Source: Amoebidium appalachense
Lineage: Eukaryota; Protista; Ichthyosporea
NCBI GenBank assembly: GCA_963693365.1
Contig: CAVNZM010000005.1
Coordinates: 10,687,728 to 10,751,727 of the forward strand
Direction of reading: 5' to 3'
DNA: 64,000 nucleotides
Within the stretch, counting starts at the first letter, position 1; every line of letters begins with the position of its first letter. The translations under genes were made by a program, and so were the position numbers. Below, one piece after another: positions 25,103-39,095 of the stretch. The notes under the pieces were generated by a model. It saw only the letters and a list, made by a program, of their open reading frames with translations. It was not told the DNA's origin and did no database searches.

Positions 25103-27001
25103 ATGGTGGGTGGGCTAAGCATTTTAGGGACCCTCCTGTTGTCCCTTGTAACCATCACCGTTAACGCACAAACACGTGTGAACCCAACCAGTTGTGGTTA
25201 CTGGTACAACTGGCAATCATCCCTAGGATGCATCACCATAAAGCCTCAGATTAAGAACTATGAGTTCACGGAGTTTGGTATGGGTAACTGTTCAGAGTCC
25301 AACCGTCTCAAAGATTTCAGGTGGGATGGTCTCCTCGTTCGTTTTTCTCGCCCATGCTGCCTTGAGAATTGGAACGATACGGCTTGGTGTGCGGCTACAT
25401 GCGACAAGAATGAGCCTGCACAACATTGGCGAAAACTACCTCAAGGAAAAGGTGCCTACAAGATTCAGTCCATTCTCGACGGGAGATGCCTGACCATGAC
25501 GGAAAAATTCCTCCGTGTTCGTCCGTGCAACCAAGTGGGTCCGTATCAGAACTTCCAGGAGTTTCAATCAAAACCGTGTCCGGTATCACGCACTACTACT
25601 ACCACCACACGCACAACGACAAAAACGACGACCACTAAGCGACCCCCTACCCCTTCCCCCGACATCATCTGCAGAGGGAAATGTTGCAAATACAAAGAAA
25701 TCAAAGAATCCGACACGTACGACACTCTCCCTAACGGTGGCCCCTACCCGTACTCTCTCCAAGAATGCATTGCAAAGTGTTCGGCAAACACAGCCTGTAA
25801 CGGCTTCGCGTGGACTGGAAGAACATGCACGTTCAAGCGTATCCGTATCGGCTCCACTGGGCCGGATGATATTTTCCCTGGGCCATATAGTGTTTATGTC
25901 CAGAACTGCGCCGCAACCACTACCACGACGACTACCAGGAAACCAACAACTACCGAGAGACGCACGTCGACGTCGCGTAATCCCTCCCCGTCCCCCGACC
26001 AGATATGCCTCTATAATGAGATTCCCGGAACAGATGCAGGTGGCGTCACTGCCGGTGTTGGCCCTACAACATTGCTTGAATGCCGGTTAGGGTGCGATAA
26101 GTTGACTACGAAGTGTAACGCGTTCACGTGGAACGGCCAGTTTTGTGTGTATAAACTCATATCAAACTCGTCCCAGCTCGTGCCCAACCCTAATTGGTCA
26201 ACTTATACCGTTGACCCGGGCTGCCGTTTCTTCCCGAACTCCATTACCACTTCGAAAAAGACCACTACTACTACTACTACTACTTTTACCCCTCGTCCTC
26301 CACCCCCCACCACCTTCGATTCTGTGACCACCACCACGGTCCCCCCTCCCCCTCCCCCCGTCACCACCACCACCACCACACCCGCTAATACGGACCCACC
26401 CGTACCGCCATGCGTTCTTCCGGACGGATACACCCCGGCTGTGTTCTGTCACAAAAACGCCTCATGCGTCAGCAAGAAATGTTATTGCAACTGTGGCTTC
26501 GAGGGAGACGGTCTCACGTGTTCGCCCACCACATGCGCGGATAAATGCGATGTTAACGCATGCTGCATCAACCGCCAATGTCGCTGCAAGCCCGGGTTTA
26601 CAGGAAATGGCCTGCAGTGCGCCGAAGCGGGCTCCGCGATTATGGGCACCATCTGGCTAGATAAGAATATCAACGGGCAGTATGACCCCGGTGAGTGTGG
26701 GTGGGCCGGTATTACGGTTGCTCTTTACCACATCGACACGGGTATGCTCATAGACCGCACTAACACGGGGCCCAAGGGTCTGTATATGTTCCGCGATCTC
26801 CGGGCTGGAAAATACCGGGTTTTGGTTGACGAAATGACGATTGCGGAAGGGTACATGCTCACCTACACTGTGGATAAACAGCAAAATGTGGTGGGACAGT
26901 CGGATGTTACATTGGACCCGAACGAGGAAACGGCAGACGTCGATTTTGGGTATGGCCCTGACCCTGCTGCCTACCAAGCCCCTGTTAGTCTGTCGTGCTA
27001 A
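25103..27001 (+). CDS. Secreted mosaic adhesin/lectin-like protein: signal peptide, ricin-B-like, 2x PAN/apple, Pro/Thr linkers, 2x EGF, SdrD-B-like (Cna-B) domain; intronless
   Basis: 632-aa ORF with hydrophobic N-terminus. QHW...YKIQSILDGRCL (ricin-B-like); SLQECIAKCSANTACNGFAWTGRTCTFK and LLECRLGCDKLTTKCNAFTWNGQFCVYK (PAN); CYCNCGFEGDGLTC and CRCKPGFTGNGLQC (EGF); IMGTIWLDKNINGQYDPGE..AGITVALY...TGPKGLYMFRDLRAGKYRV...DVDFGY (SdrD_B). No transmembrane segment. Confidence 0.85.
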   Translation: MVGGLSILGTLLLSLVTITVNAQTRVNPTSCGYWYNWQSSLGCITIKPQIKNYEFTEFGMGNCSESNRLKDFRWDGLLVRFSRPCCLENWNDTAWCAATCDKNEPAQHWRKLPQGKGAYKIQSILDGRCLTMTEKFLRVRPCNQVGPYQNFQEFQSKPCPVSRTTTTTTRTTTKTTTTKRPPTPSPDIICRGKCCKYKEIKESDTYDTLPNGGPYPYSLQECIAKCSANTACNGFAWTGRTCTFKRIRIGSTGPDDIFPGPYSVYVQNCAATTTTTTTRKPTTTERRTSTSRNPSPSPDQICLYNEIPGTDAGGVTAGVGPTTLLECRLGCDKLTTKCNAFTWNGQFCVYKLISNSSQLVPNPNWSTYTVDPGCRFFPNSITTSKKTTTTTTTTFTPRPPPPTTFDSVTTTTVPPPPPPVTTTTTTPANTDPPVPPCVLPDGYTPAVFCHKNASCVSKKCYCNCGFEGDGLTCSPTTCADKCDVNACCINRQCRCKPGFTGNGLQCAEAGSAIMGTIWLDKNINGQYDPGECGWAGITVALYHIDTGMLIDRTNTGPKGLYMFRDLRAGKYRVLVDEMTIAEGYMLTYTVDKQQNVVGQSDVTLDPNEETADVDFGYGPDPAAYQAPVSLSC

Positions 27002-27036
27002 ATGGGTCAATGTAGCTTAGACAATGTTTTTTAGTG

Positions 27037-27071
<35 letters not shown>

Positions 27072-28495
27072 TGGTGCTGTAGTTAGGTTATGTTTGTCTG
27101 AAGGATGTTTATCACCGTCACCCATTTATGATGTAGCAGCTGACGTGTGGCTACCTAGGCATTTTTTTGAGGTTGTAACGAAAAAAGGAATTTAGGATTG
27201 AGGATGGTGGAGACTGGAAGTGTGCAATCCCTGTAAACGCTGCAGGCTATCTATTTGACTGGTTATTTCTTAGTTAATAATTACTCAATCAAAGACATCG
27301 TTAAACACCCATAGAAAAAGGGGGAAAGCTTAAAGTAAATAGCATAAATACGTATCAATGCTCCACATATAGGAGCAGTTGGTCAATAGTTTTTGCCATT
27401 CCTTTGATTGCTTGTTATTTGCGTCTTGGGTGGTGTGTTCATATCCATACGGTGCAATAGGCAATTTAGACATTATTCAATGGCATAATGTCCTGATTGA
27501 TTGAAGGGATGTACACAATTTACGGCAAATGTCATGAGTTTTTGTTAGGGTAGCGGTTGTCAGGATGCCGTTGAAGCTAGCCGATTACACTGCCCTCTCT
27601 ATGAATAAATTCTAATATTGCGGCGTCCTTCTTTCCCCCCCCCCCCCCCCCCCCCCCCCCCTTTCTTGTCCTCTCCCCTCCCCCACCCCGGCCCACCACA
27701 CATGTACACACACTGATAGACATGCATATCCCTCCTCTGCCTCCTCACCTACCCACACCCTCCCCCCCCCCTCCCCCCGGCCTACCTCACATGCACACGT
27801 ACACACATAGACACACGCATACACAACTGTTACTAGTAGTCCACCTACTATTGCCAACTTCTCTTCCTAGAATATGGTATAACGTATGTTGCACACTCTC
27901 AGACTGTTCGCTGCGCATGCTGCATTTCAAGTTTGAGGGCAACAATGCATGTTCTTTGTTGCATACCGTGGGCCTTTGATGCCGCATCCCCCACCCCCGT
28001 CCCCCTTCCCTCTTCTCTGCACAACCACCCACGCACATCAAACCATCTAACGTTGTAGGATTCTCAACGTACACACACCTGTCAACCCACCTGCTGGGGC
28101 CACATCCTCACCCACACATGCACACATACCTCCCCCCTTCCCCCCTCCCCCCCGCTCCCCCCCTCCCCTTATCGAAGAATTTTCCCTATTTGTGATGCAT
28201 GTTCGTTGTGTGTGCTCTTTTTTTGGCACGTGTGGTCCTTGGCAAATGTTTGGTTAGTACTCAGTGCAAAACAATTCAACCCCTTCCCCCCCCCCTCCCC
28301 CCTCCCCCCCCCCCCCCCCCCCCCCCTCCCCGCCCTGTCCACCCTCCCAGCTCCCTGTGGCCTGCAGGGGTATTCGGTATGTGCTGCCCAATATCGAAGG
28401 CCGCCAGGCGAGGGGGTTGAGAAGAAAAAAGGGTGTGTGTTGTGTGTTCATGTGTACGAGGGTCTCCAGAGGGGGAAGGGGGGGGAGGGGGGGGG

Positions 28496-28526
<31 letters not shown>

Positions 28527-28691
28527 GAGTTCAAAATGCACGGAGTCCCCCAAGAGGGGGGAGGGGGTAGGAAGGGGGGGTGGGGGGTGGGAACAAGACT
28601 GGACATTGCTGCAGCTGCAGGGACGTATATCGTACATCTGAATATGCCATTGGGCGATAGTATACATAACCCCCCCCCCCCCCCCCCCCCC

Positions 28692-28725
<34 letters not shown>

Positions 28726-29453
28726 ACACACACACCCCCCCCCCCCCCAACCCACCCACGGACAGCCTTTGCCTTCCCTTTATCCGCGGATTTCTTGTCC
28801 TCCCCCTCCCCCCCCCTCCCCCCCCCCCCCCCCCTCCCCCCCCCCCCCCACGCATTCCCCCCTGTCCCTCCCGTTTCCCCGGACCCCCTCCTCCCCTCCT
28901 TCACCCTCAAATTCTTGTGAAGGGGCTGCATAAGCATGATAAGATATGTGGTGTTATAATTTATCACCGCATTTTCCTGCCTCACGCTCTACCGTTCGAG
29001 CAACTTGCATGCCCCTGTTCTTTTTTTCTCGTTTCATGGTTTCTTGCTGTGCGATGATCAAATTTCAAATATCAGCTTTTTTCGCGCCATTTTTACGCAT
29101 AAAGCCATATGATTGGCTATGAGGTCTAGATCGAGTCCAACAAACTGAGCCGGTGAAAGGTTGAAGGAGCTCAGTCAGAGTCGCTCGAACTCGAAGGAAA
29201 TCAATCAGAATTTGGGAAACGAGAGTTTTTCTATGTTCTGTTTTACTAAACTGTGAGTTGCGTGCGACGTATAGGCACACCTCTCAAAGCTACTTTGTCA
29301 CTGCCGCCTGTCTCTTTGCATTGCTTCTTTGGCTTGATCTCTGCTCCATCTGAGAGCTGGGTGTGTTTTTGAAACGAGCAGCTTTGCTCCAGTCAAAGAC
29401 CTAGAGAAGCAAAACAGTTATAAAGAAGGCCGCCATGATTCTGGTAAAGAACT

Positions 29454-30266
29454 ATGGAACTCATGGATGTTAGCGTCCGTTTCCTTCCGCAAGCCGCAGT
29501 CTCTACAAATTTGCCAAAGAACGAGAGTTTTGAAAAGGTAAGGACTCTTCCTTGGTTTCTAGTGTTTCTGTCACTGCATTTCTCTACTTTTTATCGAGAG
29601 AGCTTCTTGGGTTTCTATCGAGAAAATATGCTTGTTCAAAATCGTGTTACCAAAGAATGGACATACACGCTGAGATTCTCGTTACCAGCACGCCCATTTG
29701 ACCTGGACAACTTCATGCATGGCTCCTCCCTGTTTCAGTTCTAACATCGACTTTCCCTTCACTTTCCCTTCACATCCTATGCAGAGATAATGGGGAAGGC
29801 TAGTGAGCCTTCCATTCTGAGGGCTGTGGCCTCACAAGAGGCTGCAAACCCTGCACCGGAGGCTTCAGAATCTTCAGTCTCAGCCCATGGGGTAAGGGCC
29901 TATGAGTACTCGTGTTATATAATTCTTCGTCTTCCCCCTGCAAAGCCTTCATTTAGCCAGTCCCCCCCAAGCCTCTATCTAGCTAGTCCCCCCCCCCCCC
30001 CCCCCCCCCACCCACTCACCCACCCACCCGTCCCCTTTACCCCCCTTATCACAATTTACGACTCCATCTCTCTCAGATCCCCCTTGCTAGCCCCCCAACT
30101 GAGGTTGCTCGTCACCTTCACCTTTTTAATCTAAGCCTTATCCCGCTGTGACATTCCACCTTCTCGTTCGCCTTCTGTTTTTTAAGACGCATCATTGGGT
30201 GATATCTATAGATAGTTACCTCCTTCCCTCCCCCGTCCATTCCCTTGCCCCCCCTTCTATTCCTTC

Positions 30267-30304
<38 letters not shown>

Positions 30305-30718
30305 CCACCCTCCTTTTTGCTGTCTTTCGTGTGAAGCTGCTTCTTGTGCTAGATTGTGCGTTTTGTCAGGCTGTGTGGTATGTGATTGCATAAACGGTGT
30401 CATATCGTTCCTTGGACTGCCTGGACCGCTTTAGTGTCCATGTATGGGACATGTACGTTGTATCTCACTAGTGCAAATAAAAGGTGCATGCTGGGGAGGG
30501 GAAATGAAGAGGTGGGGAGGGTGGGGGAGGGGGGGAGGAGGGAGGGGAGGGGGGAAACAGCACTGTTAGGGAGAAGAAGGAAAATAAGATTCGAGAGTGG
30601 GAAATTAATGGCTTGAAAATGTGAAGGTGAAATGGTGCGAGAATGTAGGCAAATTTCTTTGGTAGGTGAAATGGAGGCCGGGGAAGAATAACACTTCTGA
30701 GAACTCAAGACTCTGTGG

Positions 30719-30770
<52 letters not shown>

Positions 30771-31171
30771 GGTGGGTGGGTGGGTGGTGGTGGTGGTGGG
30801 CAGGGGAGGGGAGGGGGGGAGGGGGGGGGGGAAGGGGGGGGGGGAGGGAGGGAAAATGATTGGGAGGTTTATGACAAACTGAGGAAGCATAGAGCGAATG
30901 CATAGGGAGTTTATAAAAGCCTTGTGGATTTTGGTAGCGAGGCAGAATTCTTGAAGATGCAGTCGTGTGCTTGGTTCACTACTACAGTGGGAGGGAATGG
31001 GGAGGAGAGAGGTGGGGAGGGGTAAAGCCCCGGAGGGAGAGGGGTTGGGTGGCGGGGGGGGAGGGGGGGGGGGGGGGAGGGGGGGAGGGAATGCGGGGGT
31101 TCTTTCGATAGGTAAGATAGCATGTACAAATTCCTTGAAATTCGATGTGTTATTCTGCTTGGCACTACCAG

Positions 31172-31254
<83 letters not shown>

Positions 31255-32235
31255 AGGGGGTGCCAATTCACTACCCCGCCCCGGACGACCACACAGATAC
31301 ACGGCCCCCAACTCCACTTGGTGTGGCATGTCCTTGCTCAAATCCCCAACATTTACCCATTAGTTGTTTCCAAAAATCACCTTGACTTTCTATGGATGTC
31401 CATATCACGCTGGTTAGTTTTGACGGTTTGTATAGTGCGCTCCTGAGGGCCGGAACCCATAATGACATCGGGAGAGGGAAAGACGGTAACAAAAACCGGT
31501 AAAAATCAAAAAGGAAACAAAGTTCTTCACTCACTCACCCATTGTTTACAAAACAAGTACGCGAGGGAGTAGTGGAATTTTCTGAAACGGCAATTAAAAA
31601 AAAATTAAAATAAAAAATAAAAAAAGGAAAAAAGAAACAAAGGAAAAAAAAGCCGTGACTCATTCAGTAGTTTTCCTCACAGCAAGGACCGGGGGGAGGA
31701 TCAGCACCAAACCAAAACCCTACATCTACACTCCAAGCACAAGCACAAGCACAAATGCCTACCACCCACCCACATGTCGCCTCTGGGCAAGAACCCATTA
31801 CCGGTGTTTCCCAGGCCGTTGCCCCCCATGTGCCGCTGCTTACCAATGCTGTCAGTGCACTTGCTTCTTCAACACTTATGGCTTCGGTCGACGCAAGTTC
31901 TGCTTATGCGGTATGTAAACACCCCCTCCCCCCCCCCCCCCCCTCCCCCTCTCCCACGCCCCTCCCCCCCCCCCCCCCCTTCCCCCCTCGCCCTCCCCCC
32001 TCCCCCTCCTTCCCCCTCCCCCCGGTCTCTTTCTCTCTCTTCCTCCTCCTCCCAGTGCCCCAAAAACACACATATTCAAACACACATCAGGACACCCAAG
32101 CTGGTGGACGCGGGTACACACACACACACATGCACACACACACACACGCACACACACAAGCATGCAGATGTTAATGATACGCCCACACCCGCCTGCACAA
32201 ACAAACAGACACACACTAACACATACACACACACA

Positions 32236-32298
<63 letters not shown>

Positions 32299-33335
32299 AC
32301 AATATGTCGATAGCGAGCAGCACACACCCCACACAGAAACGTCACGCCGACCCACTCATCCCCCCCCCCCCCCCCCCCCCCCCTCCCCCCCCCCCCCCTC
32401 CCCCCGCCTTTGTGTGTACAAAAACAGAATGACTAGCCTCTCCACACCTCAATGTCGCCCTTCTCCCGCTTGTGGAATTCTGAAGCTGACGTGTTCTTGT
32501 GCACTTGGATGTGGTCGCATTATCTCTTTGCATCATTAATTTGCTGTGTGTACACTTTCCTCAACAACTTGGACGGACTGGTTGTTTTTCAGGTATATCC
32601 GGTGAAGCTATCTCATGGACTACCTCGTTGTGTCTATGGCAACTGACCTATATGTCCATTCTTAGCCCTGCCTGATGCCCCGATGGAAATAAAATTCATT
32701 ATGATTTTTTCCCCCCCAAGTTCCTTGGTGCTTCTTTCTCATCCCTGTTCCCTGCTTGTCCCTTCTCGTTTGCACATGTAAATGGCTTGCTCTCATTGTG
32801 TTGTTTTTAGCCTCGTCTGATTAGAGTACGTCTTTGTGTGTGTGTATTTTTGAACCTGGATTTTCTTTTTACCCCTTTTTGGGTTTTGCTTGTTTTTGGC
32901 TCCCCCCCCGGGGGGGGGGGGGGGGGGGGGGGGGAGGGAGGTCTGCCCGTTTGTGCTTGTTGACATGTGGGAGTGTGTACCTGTATGGGTATGTGCATAA
33001 TGCCTGTACGTGTATTTGTGCATGTGCCTTTGTGTCTTTGTTTGCCTGTGTTGTGGTATCTGATTTGTAGGTGCTGTCCAGGTGGGCACAGGTGTCTGTG
33101 GGAGTGAGCACACATGTCCGTGTGCACGTTGCATTCGGGGTGCTATATTGGGTGTCTGGTGTGTACCCAGTGCAATATTCTTGTTTTCTCCTCCTCCATA
33201 GCTGCAGCTGCAGGTTAACTCTTTCTCCTACCTCAGCTGTTTGTTGATCCCCCCCCCCCCCCCCCCCCCCCCCTTTTTTTTTTTTTGTGCCTTTCTCGAT
33301 GGAAGCATTGGTCAACAGGAGGGAGTGAGGGGGGT

Positions 33336-33387
<52 letters not shown>

Positions 33388-35005
33388 CATGTACGTGTAT
33401 ACGAAAGGGGGAAAAATTCTTTTTCGCGTTGAATGTTGCCTTGCGATTAGAGAAAATCGACTTATCTTTGTTCTTTGCAGCGATCCGGGGGGCAAGAGGA
33501 ATTCGGAGCTCTTGCCACGTTTCTCCCCGCTGCAATCACGTCCCTCCGGCAAGCAGAAGCTAACGGTGCAGCTGGGAACAATGCGCAGGCAATGTTGTGT
33601 CTTCAACAGTCACTTCAGGCACTAACTGCTGCATTTAGCACACTCACTGCCCCGTTTCTTCCTCCCGCACCCACGTACACCGCTCCGTTTGGTCTCGTGG
33701 CAGGGGTAAATTCAAGCCAATACCCGAGTATGTATGGGTATGGTGGCGCAAGCGAAAAAACGGACGTTTCGAGTCAACTCACGCAAGCGCAAGGGCAAGT
33801 GCCAACTACGGAAAACGAGAAACAGGGAGTGGTGGTGATAGGTGTGGAAGTTGAAGGTGAAGGTGTGAAAGTGACTGAAAAATATGAGGGGAATGGAGGA
33901 GAGCGAAGGAGAAAGGAGGGAGAGGAGGGAGGCACGAAGGGAAGCGTGAAGGTGGAAATGGGGAAAGAGGAGGGAGTAGGGGTTATCTCCTGTTTGGAAG
34001 AGTGTGTGGTGGGAAGTGTAATTCTTCCTCTGAAAGTCCACGGGGAGAAAGGAGGGGGAGGGGCCGTAAACAAGGAGCAGGAAAATTTGACGGAAGTGGG
34101 AGTGAACGTGGGGGGCAGAGAGGGATTGACGATTGAGGGGGGAATGAAAGAGAAGGAAGAGGGGTTGCATGGTGATAATGGGGAGAGCCAAGTGTGGAAT
34201 AGGGAAAACACACGGGGGAAGGTTGGGGGTGGTGAGATTTGTGATGCAACAGGGAGGGAAGGTGAGGTAGAAAGTGGGGGGCATGAAAGAAGCACATCGG
34301 AGGCGGAGGCGGTGAGTGATTTGCATGGAGAGAGGGAATGTGGCAGTGTGGCATCCCTTTGCACGTGTGAGAATGTACCAGCAAAAACCACGGAAAACAC
34401 CAAAGTGGAGGGTGATTATCTCGGTGAACTCCTCTCCAATATGAAAACGGATTCCCAATCCACCACCGAAGAAGATAACCCCATCGAGAAAGAAAGGTCC
34501 GAAGGAGGCGAATTTCAGAATGATGCGGTCAAGTCTGGCTCACCCTATGCTTCCTGGAAATTCGGCACAGTGCAACTGGAAGGGGTTGCAGGAGAAACTC
34601 TCCGCGGGTGTGAAGATGGTACGAATGAGTGTTCTGTAAAATCGAACACGGAAAACGGAAGCGAAGAAACAAGTGCGGAAGCTGCCAGTGAAGAAATCGG
34701 TTCACTCCGTCTCCCACCAGATTTGAATCCAGTAAAAATCGAGCGGAAACGGCGCGCAGATGAAATGGAAACGGGGTTACGAGATGGCTCTAGTGACGTC
34801 ATACGTGACGGGAGAGGGGAAGATGGGGAAGGGAGGGATGCCTTTGCCCTGGGGGAAAGTGGGTCTGAAGAAGATGTGCAGGTAAGCAATTTGATTGGAT
34901 GCTATTTCTTGGGCTTTGTTCATGGTTTTTTTTTGGAGGGGGTGGGGGTGGGGGGTGGGGGGGCTTCTCTTTTTCTTCACTTTTTTTTTCTTTCTTTTTT
35001 TTCCC

Positions 35006-35067
<62 letters not shown>

Positions 35068-35098
35068 CGGGCTTCTCTTTTTCTTCACTTTCTTTTCG

Positions 35099-35130
<32 letters not shown>

Positions 35131-38100
35131 TTTTTTTTCTTTCTTTCTTGGAGAGGGGGGAGGGGGGAAGGGGAGCTGATCGCGGGGGGGGGGGGGGGGG
35201 GGGGGGGAGAGGGGGGCTCGATAGGGGGGAGGGGGGAAGGGGAGCTGAACGGGGGGGGGGGGGGGGGGGAGGGGGCTCGATTGGGAAAAATATTGACGGG
35301 AAGGGAGGGAGAAGTTGCCAAAGTCTTGGATTGGATACTCCCATTAGAGCTTGAAAGAAGATTGCAAGTTGTGATTGATGCTGGTTCAAGGCTTGAGTTC
35401 TACCGCTCTTCTTTCTCTCACGCTGTCCCCTCCTTTTTCTTCTTCTTCTCTCTCTCTCCTCACCCCCCCTTGCCCCCCTCCCTCTCCCTCTCTCTCTCCC
35501 CCCTCTCCCCACCTCCCTCTCCCCTTCCCCCTCCCCCTCCCCCCTCCCCCCTCCCTCTCCTTCCCCCTCCCCCTCCCCCTCCCTCCCTCCCTCCCTCCTT
35601 CCCTCCCTCCCTCCCTCCCTCTCTCTCCCTCCCTCCCTCTCCCTCCCTCCCTCTCTCCCTCCCTCCCTCTCTCCCCGCCCTTCCCCTTCCCCCCTGCCCT
35701 CTCTCTCTGTTTGTGTGTGTATGTGTGTGCAGATGTATTTGTATGTGCGCCGTGTGTGTGTACTTGTGCATGTGAGCGCGCATATCTGCTATGTGTCTGG
35801 GTGTCTTTGTATGTGGGTGGGTGTATAAAATAGTTACTGTTTTAATGACCCCCTCTCTCTCTTCCTCCCCCCCCCCCCCCCCCCCCCCCCTCCCCCCTCC
35901 TCCCCCTTCCCTCACCGCCCACCTCACACACACTCCCCCCTCGCTACTTCTTCCTCCACTCCACTCCCCCTCCCCTCCCCTCGCACCTCCTTACACTCTA
36001 CCCCTCCATCCCCCTGCTCCCTTTCTCCGCCTCCCCCTCCCCCCCCCCCCCTTCCCCTTCCTCCTCACCTGCCCATTCCCAACACCTCTCCACCTCACCG
36101 TATCCCTCCCCCCCTCCCCCCCTCCCCTCCCCCCTCCCCCCCCCAACCCACCCCACCCCACCCCACTCACCCCACCCACCAACCCGCCCACCCAACCAAT
36201 CACCCCCATCCCTCATACAGACTGCAATCCTCCACCCAAGCAAGGCAAAAGGAACGAATTCTGACCCAACTCTCAGTCATTTGGCCACCCCCCAACCAGT
36301 GGTTTGGATGCATCGGGCCGAGTCTGCCACAACCACGCCGGCACCCACCAAAACACAACAACAAGACCTCAAAGCTGAGTTGTCTTTGGACAACGTATTC
36401 CCTCTAGCTCGCCATCCTCTATCAGACCCCCAACCGTATCTCGAGCAGAGTAGAGGTGGATTCGGAAAGGAGGGGCACCAGGCGGATAGTAAAACGGTGG
36501 TGGAGGAAGGGAGAGGCAATAGTGTTGTGGTTGAACTGGGTAAAAAGGTTACTGTGCTGGAAGGGAAGGAAGGAATTCAGGAAGAGGAAAGAGAAAGCAC
36601 CGGTGGGAAAGCAAACGGAGGCATGACCACCCAACACCCGACACACACCATGGTGAATGGGGGTTATGGCGAGGGGGAATTGGAGCCGGTGCAGCCACTA
36701 TGCGGGGTTCTTGCGGGCTCATCTGTGGAATCGACCCCCCCTCCACGGAAAATTCACGGTAATTTGAGCCCATCCAAGGACGAATTGAAACCCACAACCA
36801 GTTCGAAATTCAAGAAGGAAAATGAAGAACCCAAGGAAACCCCATGGCCACCCGCTTTGGCCTCTGGGTGTGAAAATTCTTCACAGAACGAAGGGGTTGT
36901 GCCTACACCACTCACCCCCCCTTTCCGCGCCACCTACCCTCTCTCATCCCCTTTCGACCTCGGTTTTTCCCCATGGAAAATGGGCCCCGCTGCAAATGAT
37001 AACATAGGTCCGCCACCCGGATTTTCTCCCATACGACCGACCACACGCTCGCCGCCTAAACACGAGTACTCGAGAACGGTGAAACCGGGACCCCTTTGGG
37101 TGGGGAGGTCGCTTTCTTTCCATGGGGAGGATATGGAAACTTGCGGTGTTTCGGCGCTCTTGAGCCCCCCCTCACCCAAATTCCACCGATTCATTTGGCG
37201 AATACCATTCGCAGACATCTGAAAATTCGCGGTTTTCGAGCATGTGGCATCAGCCAGACATCTACACCACCCACACCCCGTCATATGTCCGTATGCCTGT
37301 CGGCGAGCACGTACCCCTATGGCTGCAAGTAACACCCGAGGTACGAGATGAAACTGCCGCAAAAAACCCCCTGTCCGGGCACCACGCATTCACCGAAATC
37401 CCGCTCACGCCCATTAGCCCAACCCTCTTTTCCCCGCCGACTTCCTTCACCACAAGTCTGTCTTCTGCACCTACACCAACCCTCCTCACGCCTATTTCAG
37501 CGATATTTCCAAGCCTTTCTCCACTTGGGCCGGTTCGTTTACCTCCAGGGTTCGAAACACCCACCACCATAACCACGGCAGACAGCCCGTTTTCCGAATC
37601 TCGCTCTTCTAACACCACTGGTACGATTGCGCCATGCAATGAAATTTCGACAAATTCGACCACAGGGGAGGAATCGATAAACGACAACCACCACCACTTC
37701 GACCATTCTCCATCAATCTCACCCTATGCAGTCACAAACGCCCCCCTTGTTCCTCTTCCCATCACTACTCCCATTACTACTGTTATTAGCAAGCCTACCA
37801 CCCTACCTACCACCCCAACACCCACAACGTCAAACCTACCGGAAACTACCCCAACCGATAACCAACAAAACCCCGTATCCGTTTCTGTCCGACACCACCC
37901 CGTTTCGTCACCCAACCCTGCCACCACCACCAAGGCGCCTGCCACACCACCACCAACCACCACCACCAACACCCAGGAGGCGAACTCCAACCCAGAAACG
38001 AACCCTCTACCCCACCTCCTCACCAGTGAAAACACCACCGCCGCCGCCAACTCTACTCTCACCCCCACCACCACTACCAACACGCCACCCATGTCCTTCA

Positions 38101-39095
38101 CCTCGCCCATCACAACCACAAAATCAGAGGGTGTGAAAGCAAACAACACCGACCCACAGGTAATGGTCAGGAGCCTAGCCTCCCTAGCCGGTATTTCATC
38201 GGATATGGCGCGTGCAGTTTTCACTGCAAAGGAGTTTAAACCCCTCTCCGCACCCGCAACCACGGTGAATTTGCAGCAAAACCCCGGCAATTCCGTTACG
38301 ATCCCCCCCACCACCACCACAAATTCGGATGGAAACCCCCCGGGCCCCTCCCTCTACCAGAACTCATCTGTTACGATTCTGAAATCGGAGTCGAACCCCG
38401 CCACCATCACACCCATCCGTCGCCATGGTCTCCCCCGCACCCGCACACCCAACCATCCACTCCGTCTCTCATCAGCCAACAACGAAAATTCATCCATCGG
38501 ATCCCCCTCGGAAAATTCCGAGAACGACCAATTAGATAGCGGCAACCCCACCTCCTCCTCCACACCCACTGTCACGGCGCCACACAATTACACCCCGGAC
38601 CCCCCCACGGGAACCCCATCGGCGCATATGCATCAAGCCACCGTCTTCCCTACTCCCATTCCTACTCCAATACCTTACTTTACCCCACCACCGCCGCCAC
38701 AACCACCACCGCCGCCACCGCAACCATTTATGGTACACCCCGTCTTTGTCCCAGGTGCATATCATCACCCGATATCGCCCATTCCTCCCCCCATGCCTGT
38801 AACGCCCCCGCTTCCCCTCTCCATTATGACCATGTTAACGGCAGATCGTGTTCCTTGGCCTGAGATTTACGTGTCGCGGGTGCAGGAAATTATGCAATAC
38901 TGCGGGTGTGTGTCAACTCAGGCTACGCAAGTGCGCCCAGGAGATCCTTACGTAAGGGTGGGGGGGATGTTTACGCAAACGGCGGATGCGCAGGCGGCGT
39001 TGGTGGAAATCACGAGAATGGCATTCCGGGAGAGGGCGGGTGATTGGAATGTGAACCTGTCTATGGTTCCTGTCGCCGGTTCTTCGCCCATGTGA
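29454..39095 (+). CDS. Large (~1500 aa) low-complexity protein with a C-terminal RRM/ferredoxin-like domain; function unknown
   Basis: Phase-0 exons 29454-29537, 29787-29891 (GAG acceptor, uncertain), 31683-31910, 33481-34881, 36221-37099, 37215-39095(TGA); additional micro-exons possible. E/G-rich middle and P/T/S-rich C-half; last ~85 aa show a beta-alpha-beta-beta-alpha-beta pattern ([17 protein letters not shown]). Confidence 0.65.

Noticed and set aside
28980-29735. Minus-strand spliced gene suggested by good splice-like sites
   Set aside because: No phase-consistent open chain could be built; a non-coding transcript cannot be excluded
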